Positions 7,323-16,244 of a stretch of 50,090 nt of DNA are shown in pieces. The notes below the pieces were generated by a model, which was not told the DNA's origin, ran no database searches, and saw nothing but the letters and a program-made list of their open reading frames with translations. The stretch's first letter is position 1, and the number at the start of each line of letters is the position of its first letter. Origin of the DNA: Verrucomicrobiota bacterium (GTDB lineage Bacteria > Verrucomicrobiota > Verrucomicrobiia > Opitutales > Cerasicoccaceae); assembly GCA_039818205.1 (NCBI GenBank), contig JBCBUK010000021.1:1-50090 (forward strand). Reading direction: 5' to 3'. Both the position numbers and the translations under genes were made by a program.

Positions 7323-10300
7323 ATGACCGTCGACATGGCTGCTGCATCCGCTGTTTATTTTTGTTTTCGAACTGTTCGTCTTTTTATTGCGTCCTTCGCA
7401 TCGATTTTGGCGATGACGGGTGTCACATTGGCACAAATATCGGTCGAAAATTCAAACAATCTTCTCATCAATATTTTCGGGACTGACGGCGTTAGTGCTT
7501 CAGAATCCGGCGATATTTTTGACCCCACCTATCATCCGTCTACGGCAGGTTCAGCGGCGGGCGACATCACTCGAAGCATCAATGCCACGACTTACGTTGG
7601 TACCACATTGAGCACAACAGGGGGCAACGGCGGTGACGGAATCAACGAGACCGATTTCGGCGGATCTGCGGGGGGAACCGGCGGGAAGATTTCACTTACG
7701 GTTAGCGATATACCCGATCTTAGCGGGAGCAACGTCATTTTGTATCATCTCACGAGCCAAGGTGGCCTTGGTGGCGGCGGCAGCGAGAATGCACCAAGTG
7801 CCAATGGGGGAAGCAGTGATGCCGTTTCCTTGACCTTGAATAGTTCAATCTCACTCCAACCAGGCGGAGTTGCGAATACTCTGGCTAAGCTGACCTCGGT
7901 TGGCGGTGCCTCGGGAGCGGGTGCCTACTCGAGTGGTAGCGCGCGCTTGGATATTCCTCGAAGCTTTGGGGGGGCTGGTGGATTGGTATCGGTCGATATC
8001 GCAAAGGGGACGAACCTGACCCACACAAATGATGACTTAAGCAATGCTGAAACGCTGGCGATCGAAGCCCGGCCGTACACGATTTTCGCTCAGTCAATCG
8101 GGGGTGCCGGAGGTGAAGGCGGTTCAGTTGGGGGTGGATTATTTAATGATTACCCTGGATTTGGAAACAATGGCGGTGATGCTGCGCTCGCTACACTGAC
8201 TCTCGATGGGACAATTGCCACCACTGGGGAAGGAACAACGGCAGTCTATCTTGTAAGTCGCGGTGGCGACGGTGGCGATGGCGGGACCGATGGTGGAGAC
8301 TTTGATCAAGATCCCGGCGATGCTGGATACGGGGGCAATGCCTGGCAGACAAACCTTTCAATTGATAATGACGGTGGCGTGACAACCCATAATCAGCATC
8401 AACCGGCTATCGTCTTGTCGTCGCTTGGCGGGAATGGTGGTTCCTCCGGAAACCCTTTTGAATCAACGGATATTGGGGCGTTTGGCGGAAACGGCGGCAA
8501 CGGCAATGGATTCACGGGCGGGACCGATGGATCGGGGTCGACTCCGGTAACGGGGGTGGCCTTTGCAAATGCGGGCTCGGTTATGACCAACAATGATTTC
8601 TCACCCGCGGTTACTTTGCAAAGCGTTGGAGGCAACGGAGGCAATGGAACGGGACCTGGTCTGGACGGAATGGGTGGCACTGGCGGTAGCGGGGGTAAAG
8701 TCAGCGGCTCAAATTCAGGGACCATCTCCACACAAGGAAGCTTCGGATTTGGTGTGTTTGCGCAGAGCGTGGGTGGAACCGGTGGCAACGGTGGAACCGG
8801 TGAATTTGTCGGTGGCGACGGTGGAGACGCTGGTAACGGCGGTGACATTTCGTTAATGAATTCAGGCCAAGTTATCACCCAGGGAAAAGGTGCGATCGGT
8901 ATTGCCGCGCAGAGTGTTGGCGGCGGGGCAGCATCTAAGGCGTTGGTCGCCTCGCAATTGTCGCTGGTCGTCAGCGAACCAAGCGACTCTGGTGGGGCGG
9001 GAGGATCCGCAAATAGCTGGTTCACGTTTGCTGATCAAGGCGGAGCGGGAGGCACGGGTGGAGCCGCTGGCGAGGTATCGATCACCAACGATGGCAAGGT
9101 TAGTACGGCGGGGCATCAGGCCGCTGGCATCTATGCGCAAAGTGTTGGCGGTGGTGGTGCGACTGGCGGCGGTGCTTCCGAGAGCGGATTCATCATCGGC
9201 ATCTCGCGCGGTGGCAACGGCGGTAGCGGCGGCAACGGTGATTCAGTCGTGGTCACTTCGGGTCCGGCAAGTACCGTTTCGACCGAAGGGGTGAGCTCCC
9301 CGGCGATCGTAGCTGCCAGCATTGGCGGTGGCGGTGGAAATGGTGGCGGGGCTAATGCCTCCACATATTCTATCGGCGGTGGATTGAGTGTCGCAATCGG
9401 AGGCGATGGCGGAAGTGGTGCCATTGGCGGAGCCGTGACTGTTGGCAACTCCGGAACCATAGCCACTCAGCTGGTCGATTCGCATGGTATTAGCGCGATG
9501 AGTATTGGCGGTGGCGGTGGTATTGGTGGTCAGGCCACGGGTGATACAACTACGGTTGGAACCCCGGATATCCCCGGAGCATCGTTTACTTCTTCGATTG
9601 GAGGAACGGGTGGGCAAGGCGCTGACGGAGGAGACATAACTATCTCCAACAACGGTGCCATTACCACGAACGATCACCACTCCCACGGCGCTGTTGTTCA
9701 CTCGATCGGCGGCGGAGGTGGAAATGGAGCGAATGCGAGCTCGTTGGCTTCCAGTATTCTATTCGGCAAAGACGTGGATGCGGAGGTTTCACTTGGCGGG
9801 AATGGCGGGGCTGGCGGAGAAGGAGGTCAGATCAGCTATTCTAGCAATCAGGAAACGATCACGACGTCTGGTTCCGGGTCCAATGCTATCCACCTCTCGA
9901 GCATTGGTGGCGGTGGTGGCATTGGCGGCGGTGGCACGGGGACTTCCAGTTCGGCCACGCTTGCCAAACAAGCCATAAAGATCGGTGTCAATCTTGGTGG
10001 AAACGGCGGGGCAACCGGAAGTGGAGGCACAGTAACACTGGATTCGAAATCAGCCAACATCACGACGAATGGTGGTGATGCAACGGCGATTTTTATCCAG
10101 TCAATCGGCGGAGGAGGCGGTTCGGTTTTTGGCGCGAGTGCTTCGGCCACTGGCCTGGGTGATACGAGCGATAGTGGTACGGGTGATGGCGGTAATGCTG
10201 GTTCCGAGGGTAGTAACCAAGGGACTACTATCGGTGTTAGCATTGGTGGAAAAGGAGCTAATAGCGGAAACGGCGGTGCTATTAGTTCAACAACAGGCGG

Positions 10301-13300
10301 CACGATAGAAACGGCAGGGGTTCATTCTCACGGTGTGCACGCTCAATCGGTTGGTGGATCCGGTGGCAACGGAGGGAGTGCGTCGGCAGGAACAGAAAAG
10401 AAGGGTTTTCTAGAGAAACTTTATGATGATTCAAAAGGTGCGATCAAAGGCTTCCAGAAGGTGTTCACTTTATACAACAAGATCGTTAACAAGGAAGTGA
10501 AAACTGGGGGTGATAAAGAGAAGTCGCCGCTTAGTTGGACTGGCAATCTGGCCTTAGGTGGTAACGCCGGCAATGGGGGAACGGGCGGTCATACGACCAT
10601 CGATAACTCGGCCACAGTTTCAACAGAAGGACACATCTCGCATGGCCTATATGCTCAGAGCATAGGTGGTGGTGGTGGCCACGGTGCCGCGGGTTCATCA
10701 TCAGGCGCGGCGACGCTAAATTTGGCCTCAGTTATTGGTGGAACCGGAGGTAATGGAGGTGATGGCGGAACGATTGATCTCACCAATTCAGGATCGATCA
10801 CCACGAATGGAAATGTGGCTCATGGTATATTTGCCCAAAGTATCGGTGCGGGAGGAGGCTCGGGTGGCTCGGCATCGGAGAAAGCTGGGCTTAGTGCTTC
10901 GATCGCCGGTAAATTCGGTGGGTCTGGAGGTGTATCCGGAACCGGTGGAACCATACATGTCACCAACACTGGAAGTATCACAACTCATGGGCATGAGTCG
11001 CACGGCATCGTCGCGCAAAGCATTGGCGGCGGTGGTGGTGCCCTGTTGTACAGTTTTCCAACCGACATTATTTCTTCCACCAATAGCGGTGGATCAGCCA
11101 ATAGTCCTGAGCAGACTTCCGGTTCGGTCAATTTGAATTTCGGCGGCAACGGAGTGAGTGGGTCTAAAGGTGGGACGGTTAGTATCAGCCATGGAAATCT
11201 AGTGACGACTCACGGTAAGCATGCTCACGGAATTTTCGCGCAAAGCATTGGCGGTGGCGGCGGAATGAGCGGTGGTGGTGCTGGCGGCGGTAATCTAACC
11301 ATTACAGGCGGTTTTTCCGGTTTCGGTGGGAGCGGGAATGATGGCGGATCGGTTAGTGTTTTTTTCAATGATAAAGCGGGTATCACGACCAGCGGTGTTG
11401 GCTCTGTTGGACTCTTTGTCCAAAGCATTGGCGGTGGTGGCGGCTATGCTGGAGGTTTTAGCGCCGGTGCAAAGTATAGCGTCAATGGATTCCAGGTTTC
11501 GGATCAAGGCGCCGGCGGAGACGGTGGTGACATCAACATTGGAATGGAGGGTGTTTCCGCTTCGGTGGTGATCACGACTGCCGGAGTCGGAGCACATGGA
11601 ATCTATGCGCAATCGCTTGGTGGTGGCGGCGGCGCGGCTGGCTCTTCAAATGGATTTTGGAACACCTTGAATCAGGGAATTACGAGAACAGATTCTTCGG
11701 GACGGGGGGGGACGATTGATATCAATTTGAGCGGTACCCTATTGGCCTCCGGGGATGGATCATACGGAATTTTTGCTCAGTCGGGCATTCAGGACACGAT
11801 GGGAGGTATCGAGAATGCCACTCAAGATTCGAAACCTGTGCTCATAACCGTTTCTGGTGACGTTACTGGTAGTGGCAACGGTGGTGCGGCGATTCGCATC
11901 GATGGCGGATACGACAACTCGATAGATATCCAGAGCGGAACCATTAGTAGTGGCCTGGCCAATGCAATTGCGAACGATGCGATTGTTCTGAAAAGCAATC
12001 TAAATGGGCAAGTAAACAACAGTGGTACGGTGATCGGAAACATCGTCTTTGAAAACTCCGCAGATTTTAGCAACTTTGCCAATGGAAAGCATTATTCGGG
12101 AACGAACATTGATCTAGCAGGTGGATCGCTTTCAAATGGTGGAGTTCTTGAGGTCGCGGGTCCCAATACAATCGGGGTTTCAAACATTCTTGGGACCTTT
12201 AGCAACAATGGTGGTAACTGGAATGTGGATGTCGAAATTGGCTCTTCGAACAATGGGATGAGCACCGATGAGCTTGTTGTTAGTGGATCCGCCCAACTTG
12301 GCGGAACGATAAATCCGAGGATAATTAAACTGGCAGCCAATTTTAATCCGCAGGCATTGAGTTCAACTATATTGACGGCTGATGAGGTCTTTGGTTATCC
12401 GCTAGGTGTTACTGACACTCGGTTCATCGATTATAGTTTGAACCTTGAAACGCCCGGTCAGGCAAAGTTGGCAATTGAACAAGTCAATTTTACGTCCCCA
12501 GCGGCTTTGCGAGGTGCTAACCTGAGCAGCAATGATCTGGCTGCGGCGCAACACCTGCAAACCTTATGGAACACCGGGGCTTTGGGCGCTCTTTCGTCGC
12601 ATGTTCTCGGCATTCTGCAGGAAACGAGCGGGACAACCTACGAACGTTCTCTGCAGGATCTTGTGCCTGAAATTGGTTCGGTAACCGGGGCAACCGCGCC
12701 AAGCGCCGCCAATCAGTTCCACAATAATCTCCATTCGTTTCCGGTGTTCGTCGGTGAGACGGCGCAGTTATCGGAGCAAAGCGGTGTTTTTACTCGAGGC
12801 ACCTATAGCTATCTTGAGCACGACAATAGTTCGCAGACTTCTTCTTACGATCAGGACAGCCGTTCATTTCAACTGGGCGGACAACAGGCTTTCGCGACCA
12901 ATTGGTTTGCTGGAGGATCATTCGCGTATACTCGAAATAGTATCAACGCAAACGATATCAATGCGAGCGGCGATGGTGATAGCTATGCGTTTGGAGTTGT
13001 CCTTAAGAAGCTGGTTGCCGAAGACTGGCTACTCTCTGGGTCGCTCGGTTATAGCTTTGGGAGTTTCGACTACACTCGCGGGGTATTCGTTGCCGGCAAC
13101 CCCTTAACCGCCGAATCGAATCAGGACGTTCATACTTTTTCTGGAAGGATTCGTGGCGCTTACAATATTGACCTGGGTCACTGGTATTTACGCCCGGCAT
13201 TTGGCTTAGACTTGGTTCATGTATACATACCGGGCTATTCTGAAACTGGCGCCGGGGTATTGAGCATGAATTTTGAAGGCCAAAGCGATACGCAGGTTGG

Positions 13301-13610
13301 GCTCTTGCCTGAGCTTGAGATTGGCGGTCGCCTAGATTTGGATGTGGGGATCCTTCGTCCATACGGGAAGATAGGTGCCGTTTGGTGGTCAGATTCCGGT
13401 TGGTCCCAAACTTCGCGACTTGCTGGGGCAGGTGCGGGCGCTCCTGGGGTGGTAACCGCCTTCGAGTCGTCCGATTTGATTGGGCGGGGACAAATCGGAG
13501 GAGATATGGTTTTCAGCGATGGATTCGATATGAAAGCGCAATACGAGTACGATTTCGCTGACGACTTTAACGCCCACACGGTATCGCTGCGATTGGCTTA
13601 CCGGTTCTAG
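7323..13610 (+). CDS. Large Gly-rich autotransporter (type Va) surface protein
   Basis: Signal-peptide-like N-terminus (exact start uncertain). About 20 copies of (A/I)QS(I/V)GGGGG-type repeats. The C-terminal ~280 aa form amphipathic beta-strands ending in SLRLAYRF (terminal Phe). Confidence 0.9.
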   Translation: MTVDMAAASAVYFCFRTVRLFIASFASILAMTGVTLAQISVENSNNLLINIFGTDGVSASESGDIFDPTYHPSTAGSAAGDITRSINATTYVGTTLSTTGGNGGDGINETDFGGSAGGTGGKISLTVSDIPDLSGSNVILYHLTSQGGLGGGGSENAPSANGGSSDAVSLTLNSSISLQPGGVANTLAKLTSVGGASGAGAYSSGSARLDIPRSFGGAGGLVSVDIAKGTNLTHTNDDLSNAETLAIEARPYTIFAQSIGGAGGEGGSVGGGLFNDYPGFGNNGGDAALATLTLDGTIATTGEGTTAVYLVSRGGDGGDGGTDGGDFDQDPGDAGYGGNAWQTNLSIDNDGGVTTHNQHQPAIVLSSLGGNGGSSGNPFESTDIGAFGGNGGNGNGFTGGTDGSGSTPVTGVAFANAGSVMTNNDFSPAVTLQSVGGNGGNGTGPGLDGMGGTGGSGGKVSGSNSGTISTQGSFGFGVFAQSVGGTGGNGGTGEFVGGDGGDAGNGGDISLMNSGQVITQGKGAIGIAAQSVGGGAASKALVASQLSLVVSEPSDSGGAGGSANSWFTFADQGGAGGTGGAAGEVSITNDGKVSTAGHQAAGIYAQSVGGGGATGGGASESGFIIGISRGGNGGSGGNGDSVVVTSGPASTVSTEGVSSPAIVAASIGGGGGNGGGANASTYSIGGGLSVAIGGDGGSGAIGGAVTVGNSGTIATQLVDSHGISAMSIGGGGGIGGQATGDTTTVGTPDIPGASFTSSIGGTGGQGADGGDITISNNGAITTNDHHSHGAVVHSIGGGGGNGANASSLASSILFGKDVDAEVSLGGNGGAGGEGGQISYSSNQETITTSGSGSNAIHLSSIGGGGGIGGGGTGTSSSATLAKQAIKIGVNLGGNGGATGSGGTVTLDSKSANITTNGGDATAIFIQSIGGGGGSVFGASASATGLGDTSDSGTGDGGNAGSEGSNQGTTIGVSIGGKGANSGNGGAISSTTGGTIETAGVHSHGVHAQSVGGSGGNGGSASAGTEKKGFLEKLYDDSKGAIKGFQKVFTLYNKIVNKEVKTGGDKEKSPLSWTGNLALGGNAGNGGTGGHTTIDNSATVSTEGHISHGLYAQSIGGGGGHGAAGSSSGAATLNLASVIGGTGGNGGDGGTIDLTNSGSITTNGNVAHGIFAQSIGAGGGSGGSASEKAGLSASIAGKFGGSGGVSGTGGTIHVTNTGSITTHGHESHGIVAQSIGGGGGALLYSFPTDIISSTNSGGSANSPEQTSGSVNLNFGGNGVSGSKGGTVSISHGNLVTTHGKHAHGIFAQSIGGGGGMSGGGAGGGNLTITGGFSGFGGSGNDGGSVSVFFNDKAGITTSGVGSVGLFVQSIGGGGGYAGGFSAGAKYSVNGFQVSDQGAGGDGGDINIGMEGVSASVVITTAGVGAHGIYAQSLGGGGGAAGSSNGFWNTLNQGITRTDSSGRGGTIDINLSGTLLASGDGSYGIFAQSGIQDTMGGIENATQDSKPVLITVSGDVTGSGNGGAAIRIDGGYDNSIDIQSGTISSGLANAIANDAIVLKSNLNGQVNNSGTVIGNIVFENSADFSNFANGKHYSGTNIDLAGGSLSNGGVLEVAGPNTIGVSNILGTFSNNGGNWNVDVEIGSSNNGMSTDELVVSGSAQLGGTINPRIIKLAANFNPQALSSTILTADEVFGYPLGVTDTRFIDYSLNLETPGQAKLAIEQVNFTSPAALRGANLSSNDLAAAQHLQTLWNTGALGALSSHVLGILQETSGTTYERSLQDLVPEIGSVTGATAPSAANQFHNNLHSFPVFVGETAQLSEQSGVFTRGTYSYLEHDNSSQTSSYDQDSRSFQLGGQQAFATNWFAGGSFAYTRNSINANDINASGDGDSYAFGVVLKKLVAEDWLLSGSLGYSFGSFDYTRGVFVAGNPLTAESNQDVHTFSGRIRGAYNIDLGHWYLRPAFGLDLVHVYIPGYSETGAGVLSMNFEGQSDTQVGLLPELEIGGRLDLDVGILRPYGKIGAVWWSDSGWSQTSRLAGAGAGAPGVVTAFESSDLIGRGQIGGDMVFSDGFDMKAQYEYDFADDFNAHTVSLRLAYRF

Positions 13611-13740
13611 CGAGCAAGTTTGAGCCCCGCCGAGTACACAATGCTTCGATGCGCGTCGACCAAGTCGTAATCTCGCATTGTGCGTTAACAACGATCCTTC
13701 CGATCGACTAACTCTCCAGATTCGGCTTGAATTACGTCTA

Positions 13741-15798
13741 CTACTCAGCTGTTGGCTCGTTGGAAACGAGTCGGTAGAACCAGCGGTCTTTATCTCCGAG
13801 CTTATGGATGTAGACGTTGGTTGGTGGAGTTGCCTGGATGTCGCTACCGATTGTCTCAGTGAATCCACTCAACAAATCGTTTGAGTATTCGATCGTGTAA
13901 GTCTCGTCCGTATTGCTTTGCCAGTAGAGGACAATTTCGCGAGCGGCGTTCTCGTTATGAGTCGCTTGGTAGAGGGTCTCTGCGAGTTCAGGAGGCCCCG
14001 GTGTTTTTTGCCAGTCATAAATCGAAGTCGGGCTGGCTAACGGGCGATCAGGAATTGAGGTATTAAGGGGTAGCGGGTGGGCGCGATTGCCAGAATCGAC
14101 CGCAACGTCAATAACGCCATCAACAATAACCTCACTACCACTATAGACGGTGTTGTCGATTAATTCGATACCCACGCAATCCTCGGTGCGGATATACAAC
14201 ATGGGGTGGGTGATGTTCTTGATAAAAAAGACATTGTTGCGGATTATCGCATCAAAGAATCCACTTTCGGCATAGAAGCCCCCGGCTCCCGTCGCTTGAA
14301 TCTGGAAGCGGTTGTGGATGAAAATCCAGTTCTCGCTCCCGCCACGTCCATAAACGCCGTCTTTGTCCGAAATTACGTCGCAATTATAGACGACGTTTCG
14401 AGGCCCATTTGGCCCATTGGATGTCGTGTGGGAGGCCGACGAAAACATACCAAAGCCGTAGCTACCATAATTGGTTGCTAGATACCGAGGAGTTGGGTCG
14501 TCAAAGTTTTTGCGGGACGGTAATATCGAGCAATTCTCGAAGAGATTTTCGGTTGCCCAACCACCATGCCATTGTGCGTCGCTTCCTTCGAATGTGCTGT
14601 TGCGAAACACGTTGCCCTGAGCACCAAATTGAACAATCGGGGCGTGCCGATAGTTGATCCATAGGCAGTTGTCCATGAGGCAGTCGGCGGATTGGGTAAA
14701 CCCACCATATCCCACACCGCCTCCACCGTGGTTCCAGCAGGAGTCGAATTCAGAGTCTCGAATTTCGCACCATTTGGCGCTGTGCCAGTGGACTCCAGAT
14801 CTGCCGCTATTGAGTACGGTGACATCCCGGACCCAGCAATTCCAAGCCCATTGGGAACACACGGTGTGAATGGGTAGCTTATCGGTGTGCTCAATGGTCA
14901 TTGATTCGACTCCACACCGCTCGATCGGATCCATTTTCCATACGCTACTCTCATCAATAACCGGGTAGTCAATGCGAAGTGGTTGGTTGATCGTAATCGT
15001 TTTACTGTTTGGATCGATTCCGCGAATCTCGTAATAGGCAGTCCGAGTTCCCCAGGCACCCCTTGATTGATCATAAATTGATTCTTGCCAGCGAGTGGTT
15101 ACAGCCGCTCGAAGTAGAATTCTATCACCTATCGATAATTCGTCGATAGAGTCGACTGCCAAGACTGTATCGCCACGTTTTCCATCGGCGGTGAGGGCAC
15201 GTGTGTATCCTTCGAGGTTTCCACCTTGAAAGAAAATAGCGGCTGGCTGAGGAAATCGAGTCATCGCTGCCCATAGGCCGATGGCGTTTGGATTGACTAA
15301 ACTGTATCGGAACACAAGTCGTGTCCTGTCCCGGCCGTGGCCACGAAGGACAACGTTGCTGTGCGTTATGGTTACTAGCTCATCAAGATAGTAGACGCCT
15401 GGGTCGATCAGGATTGCTCCGCCGCCCGCGGCTGCTGCCAGGTCACTCGCTTGCATAATCAAGGCGGAAATGTCGGTGAGTTGCGTAGCGCCGAGGTCTT
15501 TCAGCCTAACAACTACAGGCACCTCGGGAATGCCACCCTGCACCCCCACATTTCTCCAGTTCGGGTAGACTACACCATCGGGCCCCACGATATCAGCAGC
15601 GGTTAACCTGTCAGTATCCAGTGGCGTTAGTTTGTATTCGCCTTGCCAAGGCGGAATAGTCATTTCGATTGGTTCACCCCAAGCGCTACCGCCTGCAACA
15701 CGATTGCTAGCGAGCGCGGTTCCGATGTCCGAGGCTAACACGCAAAACACTACGAGGACTCCGCGAATAAAATTTGGCCCGACGTTTAGCTGATTCAT
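13741..15798 (-). CDS. Secreted right-handed beta-helix protein (Pectate_lyase_3 / GH55-related) with C-terminal extracellular domain
   Basis: Signal peptide; GVQGGIP...GGGAILIDPGVYYL...SNVVLRGHGRDRT motif; Asn-rich beta-helix rungs; tail LYWQSNTDETYTIEYSNDL...WFYRLV. Confidence 0.8.
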   Translation of the reverse strand: MNQLNVGPNFIRGVLVVFCVLASDIGTALASNRVAGGSAWGEPIEMTIPPWQGEYKLTPLDTDRLTAADIVGPDGVVYPNWRNVGVQGGIPEVPVVVRLKDLGATQLTDISALIMQASDLAAAAGGGAILIDPGVYYLDELVTITHSNVVLRGHGRDRTRLVFRYSLVNPNAIGLWAAMTRFPQPAAIFFQGGNLEGYTRALTADGKRGDTVLAVDSIDELSIGDRILLRAAVTTRWQESIYDQSRGAWGTRTAYYEIRGIDPNSKTITINQPLRIDYPVIDESSVWKMDPIERCGVESMTIEHTDKLPIHTVCSQWAWNCWVRDVTVLNSGRSGVHWHSAKWCEIRDSEFDSCWNHGGGGVGYGGFTQSADCLMDNCLWINYRHAPIVQFGAQGNVFRNSTFEGSDAQWHGGWATENLFENCSILPSRKNFDDPTPRYLATNYGSYGFGMFSSASHTTSNGPNGPRNVVYNCDVISDKDGVYGRGGSENWIFIHNRFQIQATGAGGFYAESGFFDAIIRNNVFFIKNITHPMLYIRTEDCVGIELIDNTVYSGSEVIVDGVIDVAVDSGNRAHPLPLNTSIPDRPLASPTSIYDWQKTPGPPELAETLYQATHNENAAREIVLYWQSNTDETYTIEYSNDLLSGFTETIGSDIQATPPTNVYIHKLGDKDRWFYRLVSNEPTAE

Positions 15799-16244
15799 AT
15801 TGGATGGAGTCTCACTTGGGGCAAGATACCGGGTTTTCGGTTGTCGAATTGATCTTCGCAGGGGTCGTCCTACCCGTTATGGGCTCGTGAATGGCAACCG
15901 AAGCGTTTCTATACGAATCAGTTTTGTAATCCGCAACCTTCCGGGCAAAGCTATGCCTTTGTTGTTTAAGCCGTTATTGTGAAATAGTAGTTTTGAACGA
16001 TAGTGTGATTTACACTGTTGATTACCGCGAGGCTCGTCAAGCCGGTATCGTTCGCTCTCCGATCTGATCTGCCTCCAGGCCGATTGATAATCTCCAGGGC
16101 GATCTTTATTTCGAGCCTAGTCCCGATTCGAAACAGAAGGCGACATTGCCGGAAAGGCAGGTGTCTTTGCCAGGCAATCTTGTCCCCTCTACGGGTTTGT
16201 ATTTACGTTGCTATATGGGCAGTGTGAATCTAGAAGTTCAACCG

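Noticed and set aside
8399..11612. Pro-rich minus-strand ORFs (e.g. 8399..9025, 9848..10303)
   Set aside because: Antisense shadows of GGN glycine codons in the autotransporter.
7600..11700. CRISPR array or DNA tandem repeat
   Set aside because: The repeats are degenerate, in-frame protein repeats of irregular spacing. No repeat-spacer array or cas genes were seen anywhere in the window.
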